64,000 bases of DNA from assembly GCA_965237835.1 (NCBI GenBank), contig OZ250160.1:18371-82370 (forward strand). The letters are read 5' to 3'. The notes under the pieces are model-generated. The model was not told the DNA's origin. It did not search any database and was given only the letters and a program-made list of their open reading frames with translations. The DNA comes from Candidatus Poribacteria bacterium (GTDB taxonomy: Bacteria; Poribacteria; WGA-4E; WGA-3G). Shown here piece after piece: positions 1 through 10,046 of this stretch (the stretch's first letter is position 1; each line of letters opens with the position of its first letter). The translations under genes and the position numbers were made by a program.

Positions 1-886
1 TCTCTTGAAAGAGTTGAATGTCTTCAGGAATGTAGGCGAGGAATTGTTGTGAAATTGGTTTTATCCCACACGATTCATCAAGACATAACCTTGAACTGCG
101 TTTATTCCGAAATTGAATCTCCGCAGTGAGTTCCCACTTAGATTGATGCAACACAGCGACAAAGAAATTTGCTAAATTCATGCCGTACCGTTTCGTTTTA
201 AAAAATAGGTTGAGTGGTCCGTCCACCGTAATCTGAAATAAATCTTCGTTTTCGGTTTTCTCTTTCCGAATTGTTGATAGTAGTTGGTTAAATCTAAGAT
301 ATTTGAACAACTGACGTAGTTCGGCTGTCATGGAATCGGTGAGTTTTAATGTGAGGGAATTGCAATGGAGAAGCAACCCTTGTACCTGCGCGGTGTTGTA
401 GCGGTGAAGTCCGTGTTCGGGAGAAAGTGTCCTGAAAGATAAAACCCGTTGCCCACTTGGCAGGTCAGCATAGAGTTTATCACCCAACTCTCCATTCTCT
501 GGTAGCGATTCATTTTCTACTATCTGTAAAACTTTCCGTTGATAGTCCGCATAATTCTGAAACTGCTCCTGTGAAAGTAATTGACTCGTATCCGTGAAGA
601 GTTTTTGGCGAAACGCAATGAGTCCTTCGTTAGGAGTCGTATCAAATTTTGTCCGATCTAACAAGAGTTTTTCGAGTCCACGTTTGACTACAAGTGTACC
701 TGATGTACTATCAATAACATGTTTGCTCGCTTCTAATAATGTTGACCGCTTTTTGTCCTGCGATTCTTCAAATACAGAGATTAATTGCGCGGAGATTGCC
801 AACAATTTGTTATCGTTTGGATCTACGAATTGTGGATAGATTTGCCCGTTTTGGATTTTATATCGGAGTAGGTCTTTGGTGAGCAT
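1..886 (-). CDS. DUF790 family (Bax1-like) endonuclease, 3' end outside window
   Basis: Not in the ORF track because it runs off the edge. Reading from ATG at 886 gives MLTKDLLRYKIQNGQIYPQF...LHRYNTAQVQGLLL...VDGPLNLFLKTKRYGMNLANF, which are DUF790 motifs. Lies directly downstream of an XPB-like helicase. Confidence 0.8.
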   Translation of the reverse strand, partial: MLTKDLLRYKIQNGQIYPQFVDPNDNKLLAISAQLISVFEESQDKKRSTLLEASKHVIDSTSGTLVVKRGLEKLLLDRTKFDTTPNEGLIAFRQKLFTDTSQLLSQEQFQNYADYQRKVLQIVENESLPENGELGDKLYADLPSGQRVLSFRTLSPEHGLHRYNTAQVQGLLLHCNSLTLKLTDSMTAELRQLFKYLRFNQLLSTIRKEKTENEDLFQITVDGPLNLFFKTKRYGMNLANFFVAVLHQSKWELTAEIQFRNKRSSRLCLDESCGIKPISQQFLAYIPEDIQLFQE

Positions 887-913
887 AATGGTTTACTGCA
901 CAGCGGAGTGTGC

Positions 914-2293
914 CTAATACTTTGATTGGTAAGCATCGTGTTGTCTTCGTCTCTCGTTGACAAATTGTTCGCTGGTCTGTTTAGAAATGAGTTCGTAAAG
1001 CACCGCTTGTTTGCCTTCCTGCTTGCGGAGTATACGTCCTAACCGCTGGACATGTTCCCGTACACTCCCACTCCCTGAAACGATAATAGCAACATTCGCT
1101 TCAGGCACATCTACGCCCTCATTTAGTACTTTTGACGTAACGAGGATAGAATAGGTGCCGTCGCGAAATCCATTCAAAAATGAGTTTCGCTCTTTGAGTT
1201 TCGTTTGATGCGTTAGGACAGGCAGAAAGAAGCGCGTGCCGAGTTGATACGCAGTGTCGTTATCCTGCGTAAAGATGAGGATTCGGTCACCACGATGCCT
1301 TTGAAGTAGTTTCCATACCCACTCTTGTTTTGCAGTGGACGCGAAACTGAGCTGCTTCTGTGTGAGATAGGCTTTGAAAGCAGCGCGCCCCGCTTCGGAT
1401 TGTGAGGATTTCCACAGAAATGTGTGCCATCCACGAGATGTCCCCATGTTGATTCTTTCTTGCTTGAGAAAGTTTAAATAAGTACGTCGTGCCTCTTCAT
1501 ACCGAATACGTTCCGTATCTTCCATATCAACAGCGATTGTAACAACTCTATATGGCGAAAGCGTTTTACCAGAAAGTTCTTGAACCTTTGCTTCATAACA
1601 ACATTCACCGACAAGTGCATAGAGTCTACTCTCTTTTCCATCAACCCGATCAGGTGTGGCTGTCAACCCTAATCGGAAAGGGGCAATACTGCTGATTGCT
1701 GCGTATTGATATTGGTCTCCCGGTAGGTGATGGCATTCATCAAAAATGGCGAAACCGAACCGATTCCCGTAGTGGGGAGCATGCATGACAGCAGATTGAT
1801 AGGTTGTTACGGTAAGGTCTCGCATTTCATGTTGCCCGCCGCCATAAAGCCCGACATCTTGTCCAAAATGTTCTTTCAGGACTTCGTACCACTGGTGCAT
1901 TAAATCAATTGTTGGCACATGCACAAGTGTTGGACGTTGCGTATCCGCAATAAGCAGAATTGCGATGAAGGTTTTACCTGCCCCTGTAGGGAGGCTGATA
2001 ACGCCTCGCTTGCTGTTGGCGTGCCATGCGTCGATCGCCTCAGTTTGATAAGGATAAGGTGATATAACCTTTTGGTCTGTGAAAGGGGTAACTGTGAATT
2101 GCCGTGCTGTATCCGTGTATGGAATATCGTGTGCACGCAGTTGTGAGACAATATGGCGATAACGGTAGGCGGGTGCTCTATAGGTGAGGGTGCGCTCGTC
2201 CCAACGGATGTCTGGCAGCTGCGATTGGAGTGCCTCCGGGACGTTTTGTAGGATGAGAGTGCCTTTGTCAAAGTCAATTTTTAACGGTGCCAT
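914..2293 (-). CDS. XPB/Rad25-like superfamily 2 DNA helicase
   Basis: LPTGAGKT Walker A, DECH, GLTATP, VLNEGVDVP and QRLGRILR motifs. Confidence 0.9.
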   Translation of the reverse strand: MAPLKIDFDKGTLILQNVPEALQSQLPDIRWDERTLTYRAPAYRYRHIVSQLRAHDIPYTDTARQFTVTPFTDQKVISPYPYQTEAIDAWHANSKRGVISLPTGAGKTFIAILLIADTQRPTLVHVPTIDLMHQWYEVLKEHFGQDVGLYGGGQHEMRDLTVTTYQSAVMHAPHYGNRFGFAIFDECHHLPGDQYQYAAISSIAPFRLGLTATPDRVDGKESRLYALVGECCYEAKVQELSGKTLSPYRVVTIAVDMEDTERIRYEEARRTYLNFLKQERINMGTSRGWHTFLWKSSQSEAGRAAFKAYLTQKQLSFASTAKQEWVWKLLQRHRGDRILIFTQDNDTAYQLGTRFFLPVLTHQTKLKERNSFLNGFRDGTYSILVTSKVLNEGVDVPEANVAIIVSGSGSVREHVQRLGRILRKQEGKQAVLYELISKQTSEQFVNERRRQHDAYQSKY

Positions 2294-2343
2294 GATGATG
2301 TTCTTTAAGATACTAAATCAGATTTTTACCTATTGATGTTTAT

Positions 2344-2371
2344 ATTATACCAAAATTCAGTCGGAATGCAA
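2344..2371 (-). promoter_or_regulatory. sigma70-type promoter for the helicase-DUF790 operon
   Basis: Minus strand TTGCAT-16 nt-TATAAT with extended -10 TG, about 50 nt upstream of the ATG. Confidence 0.55.
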
Positions 2372-2462
2372 AGCGTTTTTTCAACTAACTTGATTTTCAT
2401 GTGATTCCGTGATAAGATAGAGACATCTTGTTTAAGAAACCTTAGAGAGGAAAAAAGAATCC

Positions 2463-3428
2463 GTGCTGAAACTTGTCATGATGCCACCGCAAAACGCGGA
2501 ATCTCAGGCGTGGGCAGAACGTCTTCAAAACGAATTGTCCGATTATACTGTTGTCTTGCCAAAGACAGACGAAGAGGTTCTGGAACATCTCACTGATGCA
2601 GATGCTGTCTACGGTTGGGTGCCACCTGAACAACTACCGTTGGTGAAAAACCTGCGATGGCTTCAGAGTCCTGCCGCGGGTCCCTTCCCTGGTTTCTATT
2701 ATCCTGCACTGATTGATCATCCGGTTGTCGTTTGTAACCCACGTGGTATTTACAATGACCACATTGCACAACATATTATGATGTTCGTGCTCGCGCTTGC
2801 TCGCGGATTACCCTACTATATGGATGCACAACGTGATGGCATCTGGAACAACAATGCACGCAAAAGTGGATATATTGACCTCACAGAAGCAACCGCGTTG
2901 ATTGTCGGTGTTGGTGGGATCGGGCATGAAACTGCGCGCATCTGTGCCGAGTTCGGTATGAAAGTGATCGGTGTTGATGCGAGATGGGAATATGCTGTCC
3001 CCTTTGTGGAAAAGCATGAACCCGCAGAATTAGATACGCTCCTTCCACTCGCTGACTTTGTGATAGTCACCACACCGCACACACCGGAAACGGAGGGAAT
3101 GTGGTGCAAAAATCGCTTTGCACTTATGAAAAAGACGGCAAATTTCATCAACATTGGTCGTGGTAAAACAACGAAACTCGTTGACCTTGTTGAGGCACTT
3201 GAGAAAGGAACTATTGCAGGATGCGGATTGGACGTATTTGAAGTTGAACCGCTACCTGCCGAAAGTCCATTGTGGCAGCTACCGAATGTGTTGTTAACGC
3301 CGCATATTGCTGTTAAGGATGCTGAAAACATCACAGAACGTCAGTTTGATATATTCTTAGAAAATGCACGTCGGTTCGCTGAAGGTTTGCCACTGCAGAA
3401 TGTAGTGGATAAGTCGGTTTGGTATTAA
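2463..3428 (+). CDS. D-2-hydroxyacid dehydrogenase (NAD-binding)
   Basis: GVGGIG Rossmann motif, NIGRG, LDVFEVEPLP, LTPHIA. Confidence 0.92.
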   Translation: MLKLVMMPPQNAESQAWAERLQNELSDYTVVLPKTDEEVLEHLTDADAVYGWVPPEQLPLVKNLRWLQSPAAGPFPGFYYPALIDHPVVVCNPRGIYNDHIAQHIMMFVLALARGLPYYMDAQRDGIWNNNARKSGYIDLTEATALIVGVGGIGHETARICAEFGMKVIGVDARWEYAVPFVEKHEPAELDTLLPLADFVIVTTPHTPETEGMWCKNRFALMKKTANFINIGRGKTTKLVDLVEALEKGTIAGCGLDVFEVEPLPAESPLWQLPNVLLTPHIAVKDAENITERQFDIFLENARRFAEGLPLQNVVDKSVWY

Positions 3429-3447
3429 GAAACACAAGGAGACCTTG

Positions 3448-4931
3448 ATGAAAACGTTGCTACTGGTTAATATGACCACTCTTGCAGATGTCTACCCTGA
3501 AGATGTATTGGAGATACAGCAAGCAGTTGAATCGTTTGCTCATAGGCATAGTGCTAATATACTTGATATTGCTGAAGTTTATAGAGAAAAGACAGGACAA
3601 GATATTTCAATACCGGCGTATCCCAACCCCAACCTAACAGCAATGGCGAAGGAGATCAAAACAGAAGTCATAGCGAAAACTGATGGGAAACTGGATTTTC
3701 TCATATTAATAGGAGATGAAACCATTATTCCGATGTGGGAAGTTTGCGTCGAAAGAATGTGTCTTCACACCGATTCTTTCTATGCAGATTTAGATGGTGA
3801 TGGTATTCCTGAAGTTGTGACGACACGAGTGCTTGGAAATCCCGAAGCAATGAAGTTACAACTCAGCGAAATAGATGTAATCGGTGGACCTGAGGCGACG
3901 ATTTTGTGTTCGGAGGATACCCGCATCCATTTGGAGACGCAACGGTTTCTTGACGCCTTGGCACAACAGGGACATCAAGTTGACGTGCTTGGCAGAGGGG
4001 GTACGGAACGACTACCACATTCGGATTTGATCATTCACTTCGGGCATGGCAGTCCGAAAAGCTTGAGCAATAGGTTCGGTGAAAATTTTGTAACAGCGAA
4101 AGATATGCCTATGTTACCGCATCATCCGATTGCGATTGTTGATGGATGTGCTACTACACCGCCCGGTTCAGCGTTGTTGCGAGCGTTTTGAACAGTGGTT
4201 GTCGTGCCTATATCGGCAGTACTGCTACTGTTATGGGTATGGTTCCAGCACGGTATACGAATCAGTTAGTGATGCACTTTCTGGATGCTTACGAAACACA
4301 TCCGGAATTGCCCGTGGTGAAACTACTTTCTGCGGCGCGCGCTAAATACGCAAGCGTGACAGGTCTTTCCGAAATGTTGCTGGAACTTGAGCAGATAGGG
4401 TCTGTCCATGTACTTGAAGAAGAGATGGATACACACCTAATAACGTTTCTGGAATGGCACGCTTATGGGTCGCCATTTGCGCGCCTACATCAAGGAGAAA
4501 CTCAACCTGTTTTTGACAAACGTCCGTTGACAGAAACTCCAGTAGTTTTGGAAAGGGAACAACAAAATGCTGTTGAAGCAAACTTCAACCTAACAGATGC
4601 TGATGGTCAAGCGATTCTATTCCTCCGAGCAGATTGGTTGAATTCAGTCTCATCTTCGTTTGTTATTAAGATTCAGCAGAATAAAAAAGTTATTCACACC
4701 TTGCGGGGTGATACACATATAATCTACCAAAACCTCAAAGATATTTGTGTCGGTGGTTATGTTGATGGGGATATGTATCACGCCTATTGGTTATTGCCAC
4801 TGCAGAGAGAAGTGGGTCAAAACCATCTGAGAGTTGAACTCCTGAGTGGTAAAAAAGAATTGCACGTACTCCCAGAATCTGCAATAGAAATTTGGCCTGA
4901 ATGGGAAACGATCTCCGCACCTGATAAATAG
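3448..4931 (+). pseudogene. Peptidase C25 (gingipain)-like protein split by a 1-nt frameshift near 4186
   Basis: ORF1 has LIGD..IP, TDSFYADLDGDGIPEV, HFGHGS and DGC. ORF2 continues LNSGCRAYIGST. One extra T in GCGTTTTGAAC fuses them (LRAFLNSGC). Confidence 0.6.
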
Positions 4932-4946
4932 TCTTCAATGGTTGTC

Positions 4947-5339
4947 ATACCAAATTAACTTGATTCGAAGTTTTCCGATAAAGTCGGCAGTGCAAGGAGG
5001 CCCCAGAGACCTTGCACTACAAATCGGGTTAATTTGGTATAAGAGGCGCAATGAATTGCGCGACTACAAACGCGTTTTTTGCTAAGGTGATGCCATCATT
5101 CAGAAATGGGATTGGACCATATTAACTTGGTTAATCGGGTATAAGAGGCGCAATGAATTGCGCGACTACAAACGCGTTTTTTGCTAAGGTGATGCCATCA
5201 TTCAGAAATGGGGTTATACTAAATTAACGCGATTCTAATCTATCGGTGCGGTTAGGAATGCAGATCGCATTTGGGTGAGTACACCGCAAAACCGCACCTA
5301 CCGTCCGGAAAATAGGACAAATTCCGTTAATTTGGTATA
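4947..5339. repeat. Cluster of family-A MITEs (4947-5040, empty shell 5115-5142, long variant 5215-5339) and a 75-bp direct duplication with REP hairpins
   Basis: TIRs ATACCAAATTAAC...GTTAATTTGGTAT; 5036-5110 equals 5138-5212 and contains GCGCAATGAATTGCGCGACTAC. Confidence 0.85.
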
Positions 5340-5359
5340 ACCTATTGATGCTGGCTATT

Positions 5360-7765
5360 CTACCGATCAGTGCCGTAATCCGGTTCTTTTGCTGGTCTGA
5401 CTACCCATTCTGCGAAAACAGACTTAAATGACTTTGCTTTTTCTCCAAAATGGATATACTGGATGCTATTCACTGGAATTGACACCTCTCCGTAGATTGG
5501 AGAACGTCCAAACAATTTGTCCCCTTTAACCTCAAGCGGTTCAAAAATCAGAATTGGATTATGGAGCAACGCGAATCGAATCTCAGATTCACCGATAGCC
5601 GATTCCTGATTACCGACTGCACCTTCTGCTGATTCCTCAGGGGTATCAACACTCACATCAATTACCCGCACAACCCTTTCAATAGGAATCGGAATCTTCT
5701 TTAGTTTTGATTCAAACTGAATTACCTTTCCATTAAAACTGATTAATTTCCCGCGCATTAAATCACCATTGTTTGCGACAAGAATATGGTTCGGAGGATT
5801 ATCACGGATGAACCGCGGCACGGTTAACGCGCGTTGGATTTTTTCATCTAATTTCTCAGCTTGTGTTTCAAGCGGATCAAAGAGGAGTTCAACCGCACGT
5901 TTGAGAGCAACAGCATCATTATTTGCAACGTCTCCCACAAGGACAACGGTTTTGGGATCCACACCAGGTTTTCCCGTGTCCACTACTATTTGCAGCGTGC
6001 CATCTTTGGATCTACGCGCCACTGCTTCCAAAATTCGCCCATCTTCTAAAATGATACGATGTTTATTTCCCCCCGTGATGGTTATAGGATTTCGGTTTTC
6101 CTTTCGTGTCTGCGTTTTTCCACGTGAGAACTCAATACCTTTTATATATGCTGAATCCATTCGCGTCGCACCGATAAAAGGTGATCGAAAGTTAATGCTG
6201 GTTTTATCGTAGGACAAAACTTGACATGGGATAACTTCTCCATCTTTTAGATGTAATAGATGCGGAAACGTTTTCACACTAAAAGGTCGTAGTCTTGATA
6301 GGTATTTATTGTTACGTTCAATGCGGGCGGTTTGGTTATTAGCGAGACGCACCGGCTGCGACATGCCTATGGGTTTCCATAGAACACTGGATTCGTCATT
6401 AGTGTCAAACGTAACGTGCCCGCGGAGACTCCCGGTTGAAAAAAACATTTTATCATAATCTGTGATGCGTTTATTAGTTTTGGATTTTGACTCAAGTTGA
6501 AACCGTGAAACCCCTTCAAGCGAGCATTCAATAGGTTTGTCTGCGAAACTTGTCTGTATTACCACACTATCTGGATTCAATTGTAGTGCATGCCCATTTA
6601 TAATTGATCCATCAAGATATGTCAATGCCATCATGTATGGTTCTGTCGTTATCAACGTTCTCCCTGGCTGAACAACACGATCAATCTGCTTTAGATCAAT
6701 ATCCACTCGCTCCCCAACCGTGCCAATAACAAAGCCTTTGTCATCTTCAACAAACAACTTACCGTGTAAAACTTCTCCATCCATCATGTGTACCCGAGGT
6801 TTAGAAAAATCGACTTGTTGATCTTTATGTTCAGCAGGCTGCCGATAGACTCTTAACCGTCGCACCGTCAGATCCTGTCCTCGGTTATAAATATAGGGTC
6901 CGGAAACATTATGGGTCGGATTCACCCCATCTAATTTCAATAGCATATTTCCATTTACATCAAATACCTTCAAGACAAGAGTGTCCTGATCATAAGCGAG
7001 TCGCAGACGGAAGTTTCGACGATCAGGTTCAATTTTCATTATAGGTTCAAATAGTGTGCCTTGAACGACAACGAGTTCGTTGACCCATGTTTCTAATCGC
7101 AGTGCCTCGTAAAGGTTTTTGCCGAGTGCGAACACAAAACCGGGTGGACGTGTTGTGGATGACAATTCGATGTCAATTTCAAAACGTTGGGGCCATTCAA
7201 TTGCGTGGTATATGTTCGCCTTACCTTGATCTGTGCGTGGATGTCCTCCACGGTCTGCATACCAGCCGGTCTTTTGAATGTTATTGGAAATTTGAACACG
7301 TTCCTTAGTTTGATCTTTGTTGGATATTAGCCAAGATGCCAGTTGAGAACCGTCAAAAACAAGGTTGGAATGCTCACGATTTTCAAGGGAGTAAATTGCT
7401 GTCCGGTTCACTCGAAACGTGCCATAACGTTTACTGGAAAAGAGAAATGTGTTTTCATCTGAATCGACAATATCCGCTGTCCAAACATCACCCGATACCG
7501 TGCCAACGCGAAAAGTCTCCGTTGTTGAAGAGAATTGTTTAGAGAAAATAACTGAATCCAAAACATTTATGTCAACAATTAGATCGTCTGAGAAGTATGG
7601 TGATTTCCAGCGAATCTTTCCTGACTTACTATCCAACAGTTTACCGGAAAGTGAATCCCCATTTTTCCAGCGTAAAAGCGTTTCCTGAGCTTGTATCGTA
7701 GCGGGAAGCCACAACACTACAAGTGTAATAGCAACAATCAATATCTTATTTAGACACTCTCGCAT
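5360..7765 (-). CDS. Secreted hypothetical protein of the MoxR cluster, with repeated LxxGD/ExLxG beta-motifs
   Basis: Signal peptide; recurring WKNGDSLSG, LKDGEVIP and VANNGDLMRG motifs; last gene of a Planctomycete-type cluster. Confidence 0.7.
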   Translation of the reverse strand: MRECLNKILIVAITLVVLWLPATIQAQETLLRWKNGDSLSGKLLDSKSGKIRWKSPYFSDDLIVDINVLDSVIFSKQFSSTTETFRVGTVSGDVWTADIVDSDENTFLFSSKRYGTFRVNRTAIYSLENREHSNLVFDGSQLASWLISNKDQTKERVQISNNIQKTGWYADRGGHPRTDQGKANIYHAIEWPQRFEIDIELSSTTRPPGFVFALGKNLYEALRLETWVNELVVVQGTLFEPIMKIEPDRRNFRLRLAYDQDTLVLKVFDVNGNMLLKLDGVNPTHNVSGPYIYNRGQDLTVRRLRVYRQPAEHKDQQVDFSKPRVHMMDGEVLHGKLFVEDDKGFVIGTVGERVDIDLKQIDRVVQPGRTLITTEPYMMALTYLDGSIINGHALQLNPDSVVIQTSFADKPIECSLEGVSRFQLESKSKTNKRITDYDKMFFSTGSLRGHVTFDTNDESSVLWKPIGMSQPVRLANNQTARIERNNKYLSRLRPFSVKTFPHLLHLKDGEVIPCQVLSYDKTSINFRSPFIGATRMDSAYIKGIEFSRGKTQTRKENRNPITITGGNKHRIILEDGRILEAVARRSKDGTLQIVVDTGKPGVDPKTVVLVGDVANNDAVALKRAVELLFDPLETQAEKLDEKIQRALTVPRFIRDNPPNHILVANNGDLMRGKLISFNGKVIQFESKLKKIPIPIERVVRVIDVSVDTPEESAEGAVGNQESAIGESEIRFALLHNPILIFEPLEVKGDKLFGRSPIYGEVSIPVNSIQYIHFGEKAKSFKSVFAEWVVRPAKEPDYGTDR

Positions 7766-7876
7766 TGTATTTCTCCTTCTTGTGGCAGTCAGTATTCAGT
7801 TATCGGTTTTTAGAAAGAAGATTTATCGCTATTAAACCCTCTTCTTGATTGCCGTGAACTGTGAACCGATAGCCAT

Positions 7877-8935
7877 CTATCTTTCATAAATAGGTAAAAG
7901 ACGATAATTCAAGGCTAAGGTGAGCACAGCCATCCCAGTGCCGTAGGCTTTGCCGTATGAACTGTTGAAACTTCCATCTTCTTGCTGCATCTTTTGGAGA
8001 CGTTCTATAGTGCGTTGATTCCAAGATTGCCATGTCTGGAAATCGCTTTGAAACAGTGCCTGAGCCATATAGTATAAAGTATAGAACATGTAGTTTCCAC
8101 CGAGATTATAGTTAGCCCTACGTTTGACGAATTCAGCGACTGCTTTGTATTCTGTCGTATTCTTTCGTTTTCCAATAGCGTAAACAAGCGTGGCGATAGC
8201 AGAACGAGTGACTCCATCTCCGTGGCTGCTTGAAGGCATATAGGAGACACTCCCACTTCGCATTGTGCAGGTTTGAAAAAAGTTCAGTGCTTTGTTTATA
8301 ACTTCATTGGGAACTTCAATGCCAGCGTTTCGTGCGCCGAGTATTCCCATTAAAACGGTTCCAGCAACGGTAGTATCTGCATCTCGTGCTTGTGGAGAGT
8401 ATCGCCATCCACCCCACGGATTTTTCTCTTGTGCAGTCAACGCACATCGGACCGCGAGCTCTAAAGCCTTACTGAGGGTACGTCTACGATTTTCAGGTAC
8501 ATCACTATCTTTCCAGAGCAGATCTTCGCTTACTGCACCATAAGCTTCGGACATTGCTAACATTGCAAAACCGTGATGGTACATTGATGCGTGTCCACTT
8601 GTCCCCATGTATCCTGTTTTTGCGTTCTGCACAGCAATCATGCTTCGCAACGCTTTACGGATATTTGTGGCATAAGGACCATAATCAGGGTCTTCGCCGC
8701 TTGCCATCAATGCCATAACACAAATTCCTGTGATTCCTGCACCGTTTCTTGTTCCTGGCCAACTTCCATCTTTCAACTGTATATTAGCGAGGTAGCGCAA
8801 ACAGCGGTCATTGATACTCCTAACCGCTGGAGGAACACCTGTGCCGTATCGGAGTGTTGAATCCTGCGCGAAAGCCGTGCTGGTAGACATGCCGATACAA
8901 ACAGCAAATAATATCACAAAACAAAAACGTGTCAT
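7877..8935 (-). CDS. Prenyltransferase/squalene oxidase repeat protein
   Basis: QLKDGSW, GGWRY and QQEDGSF repeats; signal peptide. Confidence 0.85.
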   Translation of the reverse strand: MTRFCFVILFAVCIGMSTSTAFAQDSTLRYGTGVPPAVRSINDRCLRYLANIQLKDGSWPGTRNGAGITGICVMALMASGEDPDYGPYATNIRKALRSMIAVQNAKTGYMGTSGHASMYHHGFAMLAMSEAYGAVSEDLLWKDSDVPENRRRTLSKALELAVRCALTAQEKNPWGGWRYSPQARDADTTVAGTVLMGILGARNAGIEVPNEVINKALNFFQTCTMRSGSVSYMPSSSHGDGVTRSAIATLVYAIGKRKNTTEYKAVAEFVKRRANYNLGGNYMFYTLYYMAQALFQSDFQTWQSWNQRTIERLQKMQQEDGSFNSSYGKAYGTGMAVLTLALNYRLLPIYER

Positions 8936-8968
8936 TTTTCTGAGTCTCCTTATTATTGTTCCAACATT

Positions 8969-9059
8969 TATACCAAATTAACTTGATTAGACGTCTTCTG
9001 ATAAAGTCAGCAGTGCAAGGCACGGGGACCTCGCTCTACATATCACGGTAATCGGGTAT
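8969..9059. mobile_element. Family-A MITE with REP hairpin
   Basis: TATACCAAATTAAC left TIR, GGCACGGGGACCTCGC core, degenerate right TIR touching the stop codon of the upstream gene. Confidence 0.8.
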
Positions 9060-10036
9060 TAGTCCATCTGGATTGTAGCCAGTCCAGTTTGCCATTCTTT
9101 TCCTTTTTTGCCTGCGTATAGCATGGCGTAGGTATCACCGATTTCAAGAATTTGACCTGTTAGCACACCATCGCAATCATAAGCATCAGGATCGTCTGAT
9201 GGCGTAAGTACGGGGTTGTGAGGGTTCGGTTCGAAGTCTCGGAAATCGCGAGTCCGCACATGCCCGATCCGCCAAACTTCCCCGTCAAATCCACCATAGA
9301 GGATATGGAAGTATTGCGGTCCTTTGAACAATTCGGTTTCGCGAACGGATTGACTGTCCCATGCTTGCCCGCTCCCTGTGAAAACAGGATTAGCTGGATT
9401 TTTTGTGACTGATGCCGGATTGTCAGTCGGTGCAGTTGCATGACACATCGTCAGTCCTTCCCCGAAGGACTGTGTCGCCTTCCCAGTATAGATGATGTGA
9501 ATCGTGTCGCCCTCTACTACAACTGAAGGGTGCGTTGAACCGTGCCGTTCATGTTCAATATCTGCAGAAATAACAGGATTTTTCTGGACGCGCTCCCATT
9601 TACCCAAGTCACCATCGCTCACAAGCAAACCGGTCTGTTCAGGTGTCGTTTTCCCTTTGCCTCGATAATACATGTAGAACTTGCCATCAGCAGGATTTAG
9701 AAAAGGAAACGGATACTCAACAGCTGCATTATCAAAACCTTCCGCTGAAGGTTCAAGAATAGGATTCCGTGCATCCTGTGTTATATTTGTAAGGTCATTG
9801 ATGGGTGCCGTCGCGTGCATCATCAACCAGCGAACGTCGTCCGGTTCGCGTTTGCACCAGATATAGTGTACCTTATCATCAACAATTATAGCATGGGTTG
9901 CTGCAGCCCAGAGAGGAGGCGGAAGCGAAATGATCGGATTGCCAGTCTCTATCCTCTTGAAACTCGCGAATACCTCAAACGGGATAGCATCTTTTTCCGC
10001 ATCAGCCATCGGTTTCTCCTGTGTTGGACTGCACAT
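9059..10036 (-). CDS. Five-bladed beta-propeller glycoside hydrolase-like protein (GH32/43/130 clan)
   Basis: Repeated NP(V/I)L-x-P, F/WD, YMYY-x-G and HPSVV blades. Confidence 0.7.
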   Translation of the reverse strand: MCSPTQEKPMADAEKDAIPFEVFASFKRIETGNPIISLPPPLWAAATHAIIVDDKVHYIWCKREPDDVRWLMMHATAPINDLTNITQDARNPILEPSAEGFDNAAVEYPFPFLNPADGKFYMYYRGKGKTTPEQTGLLVSDGDLGKWERVQKNPVISADIEHERHGSTHPSVVVEGDTIHIIYTGKATQSFGEGLTMCHATAPTDNPASVTKNPANPVFTGSGQAWDSQSVRETELFKGPQYFHILYGGFDGEVWRIGHVRTRDFRDFEPNPHNPVLTPSDDPDAYDCDGVLTGQILEIGDTYAMLYAGKKGKEWQTGLATIQMD

Positions 10037-10046
10037 CGTGTGTCTC

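Noticed and set aside
4189-4191. TGA as selenocysteine in the C25-like gene
   Set aside because: Homology continues in a different frame, so this is a frameshift and not read-through.
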